From Eledone cirrhosa (lineage: Eukaryota), in contig OZ024740.1 in NCBI GenBank assembly GCA_964016885.1, positions 129,332,001 to 129,396,000 of the forward strand: a stretch of 64,000 bases of DNA, given 5' to 3'. The translations under genes and the position numbers were made by a program. Shown one piece after another: positions 29,501 through 45,497 of the stretch (position 1 is its first letter; the number at the start of each line of letters is the position of its first letter). The notes under the pieces are model-generated. The model ran no database searches. It was not told the DNA's origin and saw only the letters and a program-made list of their open reading frames with translations.

Positions 29501-31408
29501 TTTATCGAAGTGTTGCTCCTATCTGCAGCAGTGAAATGTGGTTTAAAATGTGTCTTCTCGTGCTATATTTACTGAGACATTGCAACTACACTATATATAA
29601 ATTCACTAACTGTGAATCAAAACGCGTCGCAAGAAAATATTCCACAGTGCACTCATACATATGTTATCGATTTATCAGCATTTTATTTACTCATAGAATG
29701 ACGGAAGAAAACCAGATTTTGTAATCGTGAGAGAGCAAAACAATGTGATTTTTTATTGAGACTTGCTAAACATTACCCCAAACTTATAAACACTCTCTTG
29801 TTAATCCAACATACATTGGCTGGATATATTGCTTTAATGGCGAGCGTTGCAGTAGCTTTCAATCTGAAACCATAGAAAACTTTATGAATTTATATTAAAA
29901 GAATTATCAGAATGTTGCCTATTTAATGCCAACATATCATTGCAATTAATGGCGATATTATATTACATTAAGATTCATTTCTTTACATATAATTTAAAAG
30001 ATATCATACTAAGAACAATAGCTGAAGCTATTTATAATTCGATGCCAATACGTGAATGCTAATATTGGTTTTGTTTTGCTTTCTCTCACCCTACGATTCT
30101 TTTTCAAATAACCTCGCACACACAAACACACACCAACACAAACCCAAATGGATGAAAAGGAAATTAATGAAAGGAAGTTTAGATGACAATCAAACTAAAT
30201 ATAGTGTCTTTATGGAAACTATTTGGTATTGCATCGGTGATTAATTTACTAGAATTCCGGACGTGTTTCCTTTCGGTTAATGTTCGTGTTATTGATGTTG
30301 TCTTGGTGGCAGTGATAGGGTACGTGGATAAATATTATAATTAATGATGACGATTCAATTGTAAATTGTATCTGTAGTGGTAATATTCTTCACAGATATG
30401 GCAGTGATATTAGAAATGGGGACGCATCACTGTTCGTAGGGTGAGATTTCGCAAAATGGTAGTATGTATAGTGTTGACAGTAATGTTAGTTGTAATAGTA
30501 GAGCATTGTGTTGATTATTGATTGGCATTCGAATGTATTTCATGTGAGCGTATTTCTACACTCGCTCTAAGATTATATTTTTCCATCGCATAAACGTGAT
30601 TGACTTAAATGAAATTCTTAGGTATAGAGATATATCAGAAAATATATGTTGCAAATGATATTGAATAATTAATATGATTAGAGAGGAAGAGTAAAAATAC
30701 GGGTACATGAAGGTTTGGGGACATTTCTGTGTGAATGAGAAACGTAAAATTAGGAAGATAATGTGGGCTACGTTTTTTTCTAGGGGGAAAGTGAAACTTG
30801 AATACACGATACCACGATATTTTGGAATTGGCTTATATTATTACCAGCGTATTGGCTGGAAGGGGACATTACATTTACAATAAATTTGTGTTGATATACA
30901 GTTATTTGTAGAATATCAGCTGCACCTATACAGTGCTTGCATCCGATGGAACAAGAATTGTGTTGATTCCTCTTTTTAGTAAATTTAGCATATTTTCATA
31001 AGAATCAGACACGTGAATTTGCGGCCTTGAATCGAGCAAAATAAGACTTAAACAAAATGTTTTAATATAGCAAGAGGTATTATGCCGACTAATTGATATT
31101 CCAGTATATTCCGAATTCAGTGCATTAAAAACAGTTTAAATGGGTAAAAATGCCCAACCTGGCTAAAAGTTGTAGGGTTGTTTGCAGTTAGCTGCGATCT
31201 ATTATTCAAAGTAATTTATTAAACTAACACATTAAAATGAGGTTTGAAATAGTCTGATACATAAAAACCTGCACTGATGCGCAAAAATATACGAACACAC
31301 ACCAGCTCTTATAATTTTATGCAGACACACGTGCAGTCACACACACACTCGCAAACGCATACACACACATACGCACGCACGCACATACACACACACACAC
31401 GCACACAC

Positions 31409-31523
<115 letters not shown>

Positions 31524-32041
31524 TGTGTTTTTATGTGTGTATGTAAGGCTCTGCTTCTCGCGCTCTCTCTCTATATATATACAATATATATAATACAATA
31601 TATGCAAAATATTTCCATGATATCATGCCCTGAAGCTGTGTATCTCTCTATCTATCTCTATCGCTCACTCTTTCTATAACATATATATATATATACAGGG
31701 AATGTAACGTCCAATAAGGTTCACCAGCGTGATCACTCTACGCTTAGCTTCCAGTCGGTATAGAGGTGTACAACTTAGCGGAGTGTATTATAATAATAAT
31801 AAAAAAGGACGATATGTCGTCTTCATTACGTTTATTGAGTAGTAGCGCGCCTTTCGCTATTGATATGCTCAAGGTTCAATCTAGCCTGACTCGGGAATTA
31901 AATGCTCGTCAGATCTCCTGCTATGGTTATGCCGACCTTTTGATTCCAGAGTCGGGCAAGTTTGGCGATAGCGAAACGCGCGTCTCTACTCAATAAACGA
32001 AATGAAGAGATAACAAATCGTTCTTTATTATTATTATTTCA

Positions 32042-32303
<262 letters not shown>

Positions 32304-32351
32304 GACAGATAGACTCACTATTATAAAGCAGTTTTTTCTAAAGCACGGAAG

Positions 32352-32590
32352 CTTATCAGGTGGTGCTTATCCTGGTTTGAATAGCATATATATTGACCGT
32401 GTGTACAACAGAAACTACGGCCAGGAAACCAGTCTATCGTAATTTTAAACCCGCAGCTGTTGTTGTGTATAGTGGAGCAACGTGGAATGACGTGTTTTGT
32501 TTAAGAACAGAACACACAACCCGATGTAGTCATCGAACACACCATATCATGATCCTAACTCCAACACACTTACGGCTAAGCCCTTGCCGT
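32352..32590 (-). mobile_element. Degraded SINE family B copy
   Basis: GGTGCTTATCC-GGTTT, CCAGTC-ATC, ATG-GTGTTTT and CATCGAAC landmarks are colinear with 5545-5796. Confidence 0.55.
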
Positions 32591-32987
32591 TAATGAAATA
32601 TAAATATGTAGTTGAAATAGAGTCGTAAATAATATTACTCTTTAGGGAAATCTATTATACGAATAATCACAAAAGTATTATATTCAAGTAAAGTGTTCAC
32701 TCCAATCAATTGATATGATAGTGTATCTCTCATACTGGAATATATGTATACACTTAATTTGTTTTGTTTATTCCTTCGTCCAATGTTATTGCCTTCTTGA
32801 CCTTAAAGCTAATCGAACGATCTTACTATGTTGTCTAACAACATAAATATGTCTACCAATAAACAACATATTTCAACTCATTCAACGCAAAACATCATTT
32901 ACATTTCCGCTTACATCATGTTTGATTTGTATTATTTTCTGTAGTAATATAAGAGGGTGGTTTGTATTATTTTTGATAGTAATATAA

Positions 32988-33172
32988 GAGGGCGGTGGAT
33001 TGGCAGGGTCGGATGCCATGCTTTGAGCGCATATAGTTACGTCCCTTGCCATTCTGAGTTCAAATCCCGCCGAGGTTAACTTTGCCTTTCATCCTCACGG
33101 AGTCGATGAAATAAAGTACCAGTAATGCACTGGGTAATTGCTGGCCTTGTGCCAACAGTAGAAACAATTATT
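32988..33172 (+). mobile_element. SINE family A copy with a probable 11-bp target-site duplication
   Basis: Colinear with 957-1150; ATAGTAATATA at 32976-32986 and at 33177-33187. Confidence 0.85.
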
Positions 33173-33353
33173 GTCTATAGTAATATATTAGGAGATTGGG
33201 ATTTCATTTCGGGAGAATTATTTTAAGCTATATAACAACTTTATTATTTAAATTGATAGCTATATACATACGTACGTTCATATGTACATATACACCTGTC
33301 TCTCACCCTCTCACCCTATATATATGCATGTGTGTGTGTGTGTGTGTGTGCGG

Positions 33354-33384
<31 letters not shown>

Positions 33385-33397
33385 TGTGTGTGTGTGT

Positions 33398-33443
<46 letters not shown>

Positions 33444-34999
33444 ATATATATGTGTGTGTATGGGTGTATAGCAGTTTTTCTGCTTTTCTTTCCTATTGAA
33501 TCTTTCGTTGTGTGTTTTGTATCAAAATATGCATATTTGATAAATGGATCTCATCATTCACCACAGTAATTTTTCATTGAAAATTAAATAATGTACCACA
33601 AGGTGTTACTCATATTCATCAAATACGGAGAATGCTGGAGATTAATTATTATGAGTAGCACTATATTCATGGTTGTCTTCGGTACATACCGAAACGTTTA
33701 ACATTATATTAGACATTGAAACATAGATGTAGGTTTTTTCTCATCACTTCATTAGCAACAGTATACTTATGTTCAGAAGTAAGTATGATTAACTTTACTT
33801 GACTTGTGTCTCTGTGTTATTAATCTGAATGATAGATTTCTAATTACTTTCCGTATGCATTTTATGTATTTTATGCATTTTATGTATATATCTTAAACTA
33901 CGTAACATTCCAAAATATATTTAAAGTAATTTCACATATTGATAAAACGCCTCATTTACTGATGAAAAAAAAAACAAATAAAAAAAAACCAGAATTCATT
34001 ATGATTAGCGGCGGCGGGATATAATGATTGTAGACAAGATCGTTGACGGACATATGTACAGCGACGATAATATTGGTATTTGTCTCTTTCATTTACTCTA
34101 ATTGTAAGAATGACTGTCAAATAAGTACTAGTCATTCTAGTGGTGCAAATATAATAAACTATGAGATTGAATGCATTGCCAAAGAATAATACGTGTTAAA
34201 TTAGTATAATCATTAAGATAATAAATCGCAGAAAACTGTTTCAGGGAAATAATATTCACGGTTGTATAGTAAAGAGTTTATAGTTATCGGAAGAATTAAA
34301 GTCAAATTGCGGAAAGGAAAATGGCAAAAATGTACAGAACTAAACACTGTTTGACACTGTGTGCGATCCTCTACTAAATCAGCCGTTCTATTACCACGAG
34401 AAGTCTATAATAATTATTTCTATCAGTGCAGAAGACCAGCGATTGGAGGAAAATGAAATGTCGATTACATTGAACTATCGATAGTGAAAGGATGAAAAGG
34501 AAAGTTGACCCGATCGGAATTAGTAATTTGAACGAAAACGTTCGTCAAAAAACAGCGCAAAGTATGGTGTTCAACTGAAATTTGTATGGAAATTTTAAAA
34601 TATGAAGAAATTATTTGCTATAATTTACATACATATAGAAAATAAACCTATGGCCTAATAACAAGATCAAGTTTAATTCCTCAAAATAAGAAGATTCAAG
34701 ATCTACCTCTATTTTCATTATCACTTCGACACGATAACCATATAATATCTAAGTTCTATCAAATAGTGCTATAGCAGCTGTCTATCATATTAATTTTATA
34801 TAATTAGTAAACATGAATTTTATAAACAATTAAATATATAAGAAAAATTATTTTCACAGATAAGAGTACTTTAACTCTTGAAGATATCACATTTCTTACA
34901 AAATGCACTCTGCAATACAGAGAAGATATACTTTGAAACTAATCATCGTAGCACTGAATTAACGTGTAGCATGCGAATAATGTGCGGAATGACAATTGT

Positions 35000-35125
35000 T
35001 ATAGGTTTAAGTTCAGTTCATCTGTCTCTCATGTTTATGAGTTCGATTCCCAGACTGGGTGATGTGTTATGTCCTTGAGCAACACATGTTAATTCACGTT
35101 GCTCCAACTACCTGGAGTTGCTACC
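35000..35125 (+). mobile_element. Degraded tRNA/CORE-like SINE head
   Basis: GAGTTCGATTCCC B box followed by TGTCCTTGAGCAACAC...TTCACGTTGCTCCA. Confidence 0.5.
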
Positions 35126-35257
35126 GATAGATAGTATTAGCAATACTAAAAGACGAATGGAAACATTGTTTCCTTGGTCCGATTTGACGAAAGTCGATCG
35201 TTCCTTCTTTATGTTTGTTAAAATACGTACACACATACATATATATGTGTATGTATG

Positions 35258-35348
<91 letters not shown>

Positions 35349-35451
35349 GTAAAAGTTATACAGGAATAACAACACTATCGGTACAGTATATGGAAGGGAT
35401 ATATTAGATTAACGCTTGATATAGCAGGAAGAATATATATAAATATATATA

Positions 35452-35553
<102 letters not shown>

Positions 35554-35562
35554 ATATATATA

Positions 35563-36426
35563 CTAGCAGTGGTACCTGGCGTTGCACCGGATAAGGTATT
35601 TTGGAACGCGAACCACCACCAGACCTAATCGTGGAAAAACTGCATGCCTGGACAATATGTAAAGAAAATAAACCGAATACTCTGATGGTTGGGTAATCTT
35701 TAAGGTTTTACTCGATGAAGGAGGAAAAATACAGGTTTTAACCTAACAAAATTTGTTTATGTGCATAATACGCCTTGAAATTTTGGCAAAATCGGCTAGA
35801 CGTGACGCCTCAAAAAAACCCTAAAAAGCTGAAAGAATGAAGTTTTTCACCTAATCTGGGCCCTAGGCCATAAAAAAGTTGGATTTTCTTTCCTCACGGT
35901 ATGAAGAAGATACTGACTAATACATAGTTACAATTTTAAGGAAATCGGTCTGACGTAATGCCTCAAACAATCCCTAAATAACCGAAACAACGCAGTTTTT
36001 TCACTTAATGCAGACATAGGGGATCAAAAAGTTGAATTTGTTTATGTGGATAACACTCCCTGAAACATAAGTAATACACATGTGAAAAAAGGCGGTTGGG
36101 TATTTCTCGAGTTTTAGGGATTCAAACGCACACACACACACACGCACACACACACACATCATCAGGGAAGTGACGTAATGCAGACAGCCAGGCATTGCAG
36201 ACAGATATTATAAAGGCGCTACGTTATATGTATGTATCGATCTAAAAAGAGAAAGACTAAGAATTATAGTGAGAAATCGCTAAAGGCCTAATGCGATCCC
36301 TAGGGCATTGAAGATGTGAACACTCCCTGTGTAAAGTTTTAAAACACTCAATTGGGTGTTTCTCTAGTTTTACGGATTCAAACTCTCACACACACAGACA
36401 TACATCCTCAGTTTTACATATATAGA
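35563..36426 (-). mobile_element. Non-autonomous Helitron
   Basis: 5' end matches the 16202-16718 element (+ strand ACATCCTCAGTTTTACATATATAGA); 3' GC hairpin then CTAG|T at 35563. Confidence 0.65.
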
Positions 36427-36461
36427 TATATGTGTGTGTGTGTGTGTGATTATTCGTATGT

Positions 36462-36510
<49 letters not shown>

Positions 36511-37305
36511 TAATTTAGCGAGAATCGCATTTCGGCGGGTAGAAATTAGCGAAACGCAACTTCCATATTGTGTTGACAAGCGCTCGATGGAACTGAAGAA
36601 GATACCAGAGCTATAAACATAAGTTAAAGAGGTCATACACGCTGAGACGATGGTTAAGAAGCAATTAACCACCATAGCCAAAAAGCGAACAAGATAAAAC
36701 GGGTCAAACAAATGAGATATGATTGATATTCATATACATCTATCTATCTATCTATATAGATAGATGTATATTAATATATATATTTATATATATTATCTGT
36801 TTCTCTCTTTCTCTCTTACTGCTCCCCCGTTCTCTCTGTTTCGCTTACCTTCTTTCGCCCTCTCTGTCAGTTACACTTTCTCTCGACTGACCTCTTCCTC
36901 GCACTTCCACTCACTCACTCTCTGTTTCTCCGCTTCTCACTTCCCCCCGTTCGCTAGTAGTGAAGTTCCTTCTTTCTCACACCGCATCCATGGCGCACGG
37001 TCTGCTTCTCCGACCGCTCATGAAATTCACCCAGCTTATGCTGATCGGACAACTATCATGTTGCTTGCTGTTTTTCCAACCTTCGGTTTGCCTTTCCTCG
37101 TGTTGTTTACTTGTCCCACTCGCTTTACGCGTTTCACTTGTCCCAATAGCTAATTGTAGTTATTGCTCGCACCAACCTGAGATATCTGATTTTTAATGCG
37201 TTGAAATACCAATGATGGTTGGCAAATCACTGATGAGGGACTAATTTTATAATATGTAATCCATGTGCAACCATGCAGTAATCTTCTCCCCTTGTTTTTC
37301 ATATA

Positions 37306-37387
<82 letters not shown>

Positions 37388-38772
37388 GGGAGAGAGAAAA
37401 ACAGAAAGAGAGAGGGGGAGATATATATGTGTGCGTACGCGTGTGTGTGTGTGTGCAACTGTGTACCTGTCTTTGTCCATTTGTACATGTTTCTGTTATA
37501 CTAACAACGAATGTTAAGAAGGTCTTTACATTTAGGATCATAGTGTTGCGCACATTTAGAAAGCAAACATACACATATATAAGGTGTCAGGAAGAGTGAT
37601 GTTTGAAATTGTGTTTTCTATTATTTCAGCTTAATTGAAAACAGATTTGTTACTAATATAGATGCACTCTTATACACAAACATATACACCAGAACAGATT
37701 TTAATATCTATGTACATAAAAACAAACTGTGCAGAAAAAAAATATAACGATTTATATTCCCCGGTAGAGCTTAAAGTAACATTATAAAAATCTAATGAAA
37801 TCTATAACATCCATGCAGAAATAACTTGAAGTCTACTATTGCTATAGCATGGCAATAGCCTTACCTGTGTAACTGTAATTCCTAGCAGACTTTGTTATTT
37901 AACTAATAATCTAACTAGATTATATGACCCAGCGCTTATTTGCGCGCGTATGCCTGTGAGTGTATATGAGTACATCTATGTACAAAGTTGTATATCAGTT
38001 AAGTTTATTTGTGGAATTTACTTCTCTAATTTAGCCTAATAAAAATGATATCTTAACTGACGGTGGTATGAGAAAGAGTAATTCGATAAAACAGATGAAA
38101 AAAATATAAATGTAGCCATTGAAGAGAAAACAAAATACCTAATAATAATACTAGTAGTCAGCGTTTTAATCACACACGCACACATATATATATGTATGCG
38201 TGTGTGAGTGTGTGTGTGTATGAGTATGTGTGTGTAAATGTGTGTGTGTGTGTGTATGTGTGTGTGTGTTCGTGGCTTCATGAACAGAGACGACTTACTA
38301 CCAATAAGATAATATATATGAACCTTCGATGATTTCATAATTGATAAGGTAATTAATCCATCCATCATTTGTTTAAGCAACCCAATGGTTATTCGCCTAA
38401 TTGCGAGAGCTCTTTAATCACACATTCCGTAGACTATGTAATGATTTTTGGCGTAGATATCTTCACTCCATCTGGAAAACTTATCGAGCCAGAACTTTTC
38501 ATCTCACGCCTCAATTCTCTACATTTATCTCTCAACTAAATATTTAATTCTCTCTCTCTCAACGCCCTACATCCTCTTTCGCCCCCCTCTCTCTCTCTCC
38601 CTCTCTCTCTCTGTATATATATCTATCTATCTATCTATCTGTGACACATTCAACATCATAGATACAAAACACATTTACACACATACACACACGAACATGC
38701 ACACACACACATTCTCAACAGGCGCACACACACACACACACACTATATATATATATATATATATATACATAC

Positions 38773-38849
<77 letters not shown>

Positions 38850-38851
<2 letters not shown>

Positions 38852-39040
38852 ACCTAACTAACTTGGTCATTTGTTATTCGAACACATGTATACTTGTATT
38901 GGTGTTCATCCCTCTCATATATTCAATTGTATTACACGGCTCGGAAAGATTTCCTTCCTCGAGCTATTTAATTGTAAAATACTATTTTGAGGTTCTAACT
39001 CAATATATGATATATATATATGCACTTTCTTACATATCTT

Positions 39041-39046
<6 letters not shown>
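38850..39046 (+). repeat. Family Y copy; inverted partner of 50977-51185
   Basis: AACCTAACTAACTTGG...GCTCGGAAAG...CTTACATATCTTTAAA. Confidence 0.8.
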
Positions 39047-39085
<39 letters not shown>

Positions 39086-39167
39086 GTTATTCCGGGTTGA
39101 ATCGGAGGTAACCACAGTAAGTAAGGTACTCAATACATAGCAGAGTATAACAGTTTTAATATAGATG

Positions 39168-39218
39168 AGATTCTACAGGACTAGAACTGTTTCATTCATT
39201 AGAAATCATCAGGAATCT
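39168..39218 (-). ncRNA. Type I hammerhead ribozyme in the 3' pLTR of PLE family 3
   Basis: AGAUUC-CUGAUGA-UUUCUAAUGAAU-GAA-ACAG UUCUAGUC CUGU-A-GAAUCU. Confidence 0.85.
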
Positions 39219-39957
39219 GGGTATCAAAAAATAAATATGGTATTTATAGGTCTCTACAAGTGGTAGAAGAGGGTGGGGAGTGGGATGGGTGCAGGTCATT
39301 GGTTGATAGAAAAGGGAATTCATTAAAAGCTAATTCTACAAAGCTATAGTTAATTTTTATTTTTATTTATATTTATTTATGTTTTTAGAGTGACAAAGGC
39401 AGACAGAATTCTATAAACAGGTTCCGGATGGCATACCATTCCTTGTCAATAAGTTTCTCTTAAGCTAACAGATGTCTATAAAATCAGTGGGGGGTCAGTC
39501 ATGCTCCATAGAATTAAAGAAAAGGGAGATTCTTTAAAAGCTAAAGTCATTAAGGTTCTACTAAGTGACAAAGGTCTAGAGAATTCTGCAGACATATTCA
39601 AAATACTGTGTGCATATCTTACTATTATCTTCGAACTTCTCTTAAACTAATCAACAATATGCCAAAATCAACAGACACATTCACAAAAAAACAAAAAAAC
39701 AAAAAACCCAAAAAACAGAAAAACAAAAAAAAACACACATAAAAAACAAAAAAACACACATACTCACTCACACACTTACGCGCAACCATAAACACACACA
39801 CAAACACATATACTCACATAAAAACACACACACATATATAAAAAATATATAAATAAATATATATATATATATATATATTCATGTACACACACATACATAC
39901 ACACATACATACATACATACATACATATATAATACACATACACATATACATACGCAC

Positions 39958-40012
<55 letters not shown>

Positions 40013-40118
40013 TATACATATATATACATACATATATACATACATATACAAACATACATACATATATATACATACAAATATACATACACACACATACACA
40101 CACACACACATATATACG

Positions 40119-40214
<96 letters not shown>

Positions 40215-40389
40215 GATACACACACACATACACATACATACACACACACAAACATATATATACACAAATAAATACACTCACACGCATACAAACAAACACG
40301 AGTATACATATGTATAAATATACACACATACACACACACACACACATATATATACGTATATATATATATTTATATACATATATATATAC

Positions 40390-40436
<47 letters not shown>

Positions 40437-40649
40437 GATACACACACACATACACATACATACACACACACATATATATACACAAATGAATACACTCACA
40501 CGCATACACACAAACACGAGTATACATATGTATAAATATCTATACACACACACATACACACATATATATATATATATATACACACACATACACATATATA
40601 TATATATATATATACATATATACACATATATATACATACATATACATAC

Positions 40650-40695
<46 letters not shown>

Positions 40696-40713
40696 ATACA
40701 CACACATATACAA

Positions 40714-40753
<40 letters not shown>

Positions 40754-41073
40754 ATACATACACAAAACATACACATACATACACATACCTATACATAAAT
40801 ATACACATATATATACAGACATATAACGCACATATACACACACATATACATACACATATATACATATATATATACATATACATACATATATATATACACA
40901 CATATACATATATATATACACATACATACACATATATATATATGCATATATACACATACATACATATACATATACACATACATATATATACACATATACA
41001 CACACACGCGCGCATACACACATACACACACCGACACACAAAATATATATACACACACACTCTCTATCTCATG

Positions 41074-41115
<42 letters not shown>

Positions 41116-41358
41116 TACACATATATATACATATATGCGCATACATATACATATACAAATACATATACATACATACACATACACACATATATGTACATAT
41201 ACACTCACAAATACACACACATACACACATATATACATATACATACACACAAACACATACATATACACATATATATATATACACACACACACATATACAC
41301 ACATACGCACACACACACATATATATATATATATACACACACACATATACACATACAC

Positions 41359-41445
<87 letters not shown>

Positions 41446-41512
41446 CATACACACACATTCACATACACATACATATACATATATATATATATATATACAT
41501 ATACATACATAT

Positions 41513-41567
<55 letters not shown>

Positions 41568-41721
41568 CATATACACATATATATATATATATATACTCAC
41601 ATTCATATAATACATATACACACACACACATACACGCATATACATGTATACATACAAATACACACACATACACATATATATACATATATATACATATGTA
41701 CATATATATACATACATATAC

Positions 41722-41772
<51 letters not shown>

Positions 41773-41907
41773 TATATACATACACATACACACATATATA
41801 TATACATATATATATGTATACACACACACCTGCCCACACAATCATATACATACATATATACACATACATACACAAATACATATACATATGTGTGTATACA
41901 TATATAT

Positions 41908-41960
<53 letters not shown>

Positions 41961-42097
41961 TATACATATATATATACATATATATACACACACACACACA
42001 CGCACACACATACATACATACATACACACACACATACATATACATATATACAAATGCACACTTATATACATATATACATATATATATACACATATAT

Positions 42098-42139
<42 letters not shown>

Positions 42140-42176
42140 ATACATACACACATACATACATATACATGCATACACG

Positions 42177-42222
<46 letters not shown>

Positions 42223-42229
42223 CACATAC

Positions 42230-42262
<33 letters not shown>

Positions 42263-42438
42263 CACATACATATACACATATATATACACACACATACACA
42301 CACATACATGCATACACACATACACATACATATACATAAACAAACACACACACATACACACGTATACATACATACATACATACACATACGTACGCACATA
42401 CATATATATATATATACATACATATATATACACACATA

Positions 42439-42499
<61 letters not shown>

Positions 42500-42640
42500 A
42501 TACATATACACAAACACATTCATACATATACATACATAAATATACACACATAAAACACATATACACACAAACATATATATATACACACATATATATATAT
42601 ACATAAAAATACATATACACACACATACATATATACATAC

Positions 42641-42697
<57 letters not shown>

Positions 42698-42851
42698 CAT
42701 ATACACACACAAACACATATACATACATACATACATATACACAAACACATACATACATATACCTACATAAATATACACACATAAACCACATATACACACA
42801 AACATATATATATATACACATACACATACACACACATATACACACACACAT

Positions 42852-42934
<83 letters not shown>

Positions 42935-43174
42935 CATATATATACACACACACACATACACATATACATATATACAAACAAATATATACACAAACAAGTA
43001 AATAGGTACTCAATAAATATACGCATATACACAGGCACATAAAGACACCTCTACAGGCAGAAAATGTAGATACGAAAGAGGTACTCACATGACCATAGTG
43101 GCCGTATTTCAGGTTGAGGAGGGGTGGGGGTAGGGTGGGGAGGAGGTAAAGGGGCCAATAGGGGGAGGTCGTTT

Positions 43175-45316
43175 CTAGCCATCGGGCTTTAACACTGGCT
43201 TAAAGTGTTTGAATGTTGTAAAGTTCTTGTGCATGCAGTTCGGGCAGTGTTCAGAGAGTTTGTTCAGTAGCGGGCCCTTGGCGAATAAAATTTCGTAGCT
43301 CTCTGAAATACAAAGGTCGCAGCCCTTGTGTCCTCCGTTGTAAGAGCGCGCTTTCTGGAGTATTTTCCAATTAAGCGTGAAGGGGGTGGAGTTCCTTTTG
43401 AGGTCCCAAACGTAGGAGGCGAGTGTTGTTTGATTAGATTTATCCGGTCTACTGTAGGAGTGGGTATGGGCATACCAGCGGGTCTTAAAGGTGTTGGAGG
43501 TCATGCCGATGTAAGTTTTTTTGCAATCCTCGGTGCCCGAGATGACATCGCATTTGGATACGATGTCATTTGTGAGGCATTTGTTTTCTAGTGGGCATGC
43601 TTCCTTATTAAGGCAATTACATAGAGCCCCAGTCCGGGGATTGGTTTCGGAGGTGGTTGGCTTATTTAGTTTAGAGTTGTGGTTGGCTATATCCCTAGCT
43701 AGGTTAGGTGTGGTGGAGTAAGACAGTCTTATAGTGTTCTTATTAAAGATGGTGTAGTACCTATGTTGTATGGGGAAGTGTAATTTCAGTAAAGTGAAGA
43801 AAATCCTAGCTATCGGAGTAGATACCTCTCTATTGAAGGGAGGGTTGTACCAGCTAATCTGCCTATGTCTATTCCTCCTCTGCAATTTAGCGGTGGTTTC
43901 TAGGTAAGTTATCTTATCTTTAAATCCGCTACGGGCTAGGGCGTCATTGTAGTAGGAGGCAGACGCATTAAAAATATCTTTGTTGGCGGAGAGGCCAGAT
44001 ATTCTAATAGAGACGCTTTTTACTAGGTTATCAGTAATGTTTTGGGGGTGGTTTGAATTAACATTAATATATTTAAGGGACTCGTTAGGTTTGTGGTACG
44101 GGTAATAGAGGGAAGTATCTAGGTCGAGAGTGACATCTAAGAAGTTGGCCCTAGTCAAATTAGAATCTATAGTTATACTAAATCCTAGATTAGAGAAGAA
44201 AGAGCTTAAGTTTTTCCGAAACCCATCGGTGGTTCTGGGGCTAACCTTATGCAGGGCGAAGAGTCCGTCGTCTCGGTATAAACCTCCAGTTAGGCCGGTA
44301 AAGAGGTTCTTCAGGTTATGTAGGATGTACAGGCCCACAAGGTCGCTAATTTTAGCCGAGTCACTCGCCCCCATGCTAACGTCAAATGGGGTCTGAGATT
44401 TCTTGTTGATCCAGTAAGATCCATCGTGGTATAGAAAGGTCTTACGAGCGTGGAGGATAACAACTTGCTCGGCATCGGTAATGGTGGTAAAATTCCTGGC
44501 AAAGTTAATTGCGTCCTTCAGGAGGGGCTCCGAGATAGAGGCATAGTAGTTTTCTATGTCGAGTTGCAGGAAGCGAGTGTGGTGTTTATCAGGTAATTCT
44601 TGGAACCATGATATTGCCTCAGATGTTCTACTCCAGAGTGGAAGTGGTGAGGCTGCCCGCAATAATGGTAGAACTCTATCCAGGATCTTCTTACTGATAG
44701 AGCCGATGTCAGAACGAGTGGGGTTGATAAGTCTGACTGATGGTTTGTTGAGGAAATTTCCCTTATGGTCCTTCAGGGTAAAGTGCGGGGTCTTTACCCT
44801 TAAAGGTTCGGTTCGGTCATGTAATTTAAGGGACTTGGCGATTTCTTTTCCGGCCGCGTTTGTCTCAGTCAGCGCCCTCTCTATTACCTTTTTGTAGGTG
44901 GTCGTGATGGTATTTTTTGCCAGCTTATTGTAGGTCTGTGGGTCTACCTCATAAACGTTTTTGGTTTTATCGGAGGAGACATAAAGATTAGGGGATTTAT
45001 TTATATTCCGTAATTCGGCATTTAAGTAGGCCTGGAATGGTGTGGTGGCTCTACGGATTTTAATATCCTTGATCATCTTGAAGAGGTCTTCCTCAAATGG
45101 TTGGAGTAGTCTGTTGGTGGGTGGTGTCTTATTCGTTTTGAAGCCGAACTTCTCATCATTGGTAGATGCTACATCAGGGTTGTCGAGGAAGAAGGCCCTC
45201 CATCTAATTCGCTTGATGAACTCGTCGGTACGTCTGATGAGTGTTTTTAAGTATAGTTTCCTTGGAGGGATAGGGATGTTCTTCAAGGAAATATCAAGGT
45301 CGAGTTTGGTCAGCAT
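43175..45316 (-). CDS. Intact PLE polyprotein, 713 aa from the first ATG: reverse transcriptase plus GIY-YIG endonuclease (Naiad-like)
   Basis: [63 protein letters not shown]-x5-[30 protein letters not shown]; no stops or frameshifts. Confidence 0.95.
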   Translation of the reverse strand: MLTKLDLDISLKNIPIPPRKLYLKTLIRRTDEFIKRIRWRAFFLDNPDVASTNDEKFGFKTNKTPPTNRLLQPFEEDLFKMIKDIKIRRATTPFQAYLNAELRNINKSPNLYVSSDKTKNVYEVDPQTYNKLAKNTITTTYKKVIERALTETNAAGKEIAKSLKLHDRTEPLRVKTPHFTLKDHKGNFLNKPSVRLINPTRSDIGSISKKILDRVLPLLRAASPLPLWSRTSEAISWFQELPDKHHTRFLQLDIENYYASISEPLLKDAINFARNFTTITDAEQVVILHARKTFLYHDGSYWINKKSQTPFDVSMGASDSAKISDLVGLYILHNLKNLFTGLTGGLYRDDGLFALHKVSPRTTDGFRKNLSSFFSNLGFSITIDSNLTRANFLDVTLDLDTSLYYPYHKPNESLKYINVNSNHPQNITDNLVKSVSIRISGLSANKDIFNASASYYNDALARSGFKDKITYLETTAKLQRRNRHRQISWYNPPFNREVSTPIARIFFTLLKLHFPIQHRYYTIFNKNTIRLSYSTTPNLARDIANHNSKLNKPTTSETNPRTGALCNCLNKEACPLENKCLTNDIVSKCDVISGTEDCKKTYIGMTSNTFKTRWYAHTHSYSRPDKSNQTTLASYVWDLKRNSTPFTLNWKILQKARSYNGGHKGCDLCISESYEILFAKGPLLNKLSEHCPNCMHKNFTTFKHFKPVLKPDG

Positions 45317-45446
45317 GGTTTCTTGATGATGGTTATAAGGGGCACAGAGAGTGCTAAGATGTACGTTATTCCGGGTTGAATCGGAGGTAACCACAGTAAG
45401 TAAGGTACTCAATACATAACAGAGTATAACAGTTTTAATATAGATG

Positions 45447-45497
45447 AGATTCTACAGGACTAGAACTGTTTCATTCATTAGAAATCATCAGGAATCT
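45447..45497 (-). ncRNA. Type I hammerhead ribozyme in the 5' pLTR of PLE family 3
   Basis: Same sequence as 39168-39218. Confidence 0.85.

Noticed and set aside
36545-36605. GAAA-CGCAA/TTGTG-TT followed by CTGAAGA, a possible type II hammerhead
   Set aside because: The intervening sequence cannot form stem I, and stem II has no partner strand.
37225-37275. CTGATGAGGGA...TCC, a possible hammerhead
   Set aside because: GAAA box and stem III are absent; at best a decayed relic.
43175-45412. Selenoprotein recoding (in-frame UGA), as reported for some Naiad PLEs; also the 745-aa start in the ORF track
   Set aside because: No in-frame UGA in either long ORF. The first 32 codons start at a non-ATG codon within the pLTR tail, so ATG 45316 is preferred.
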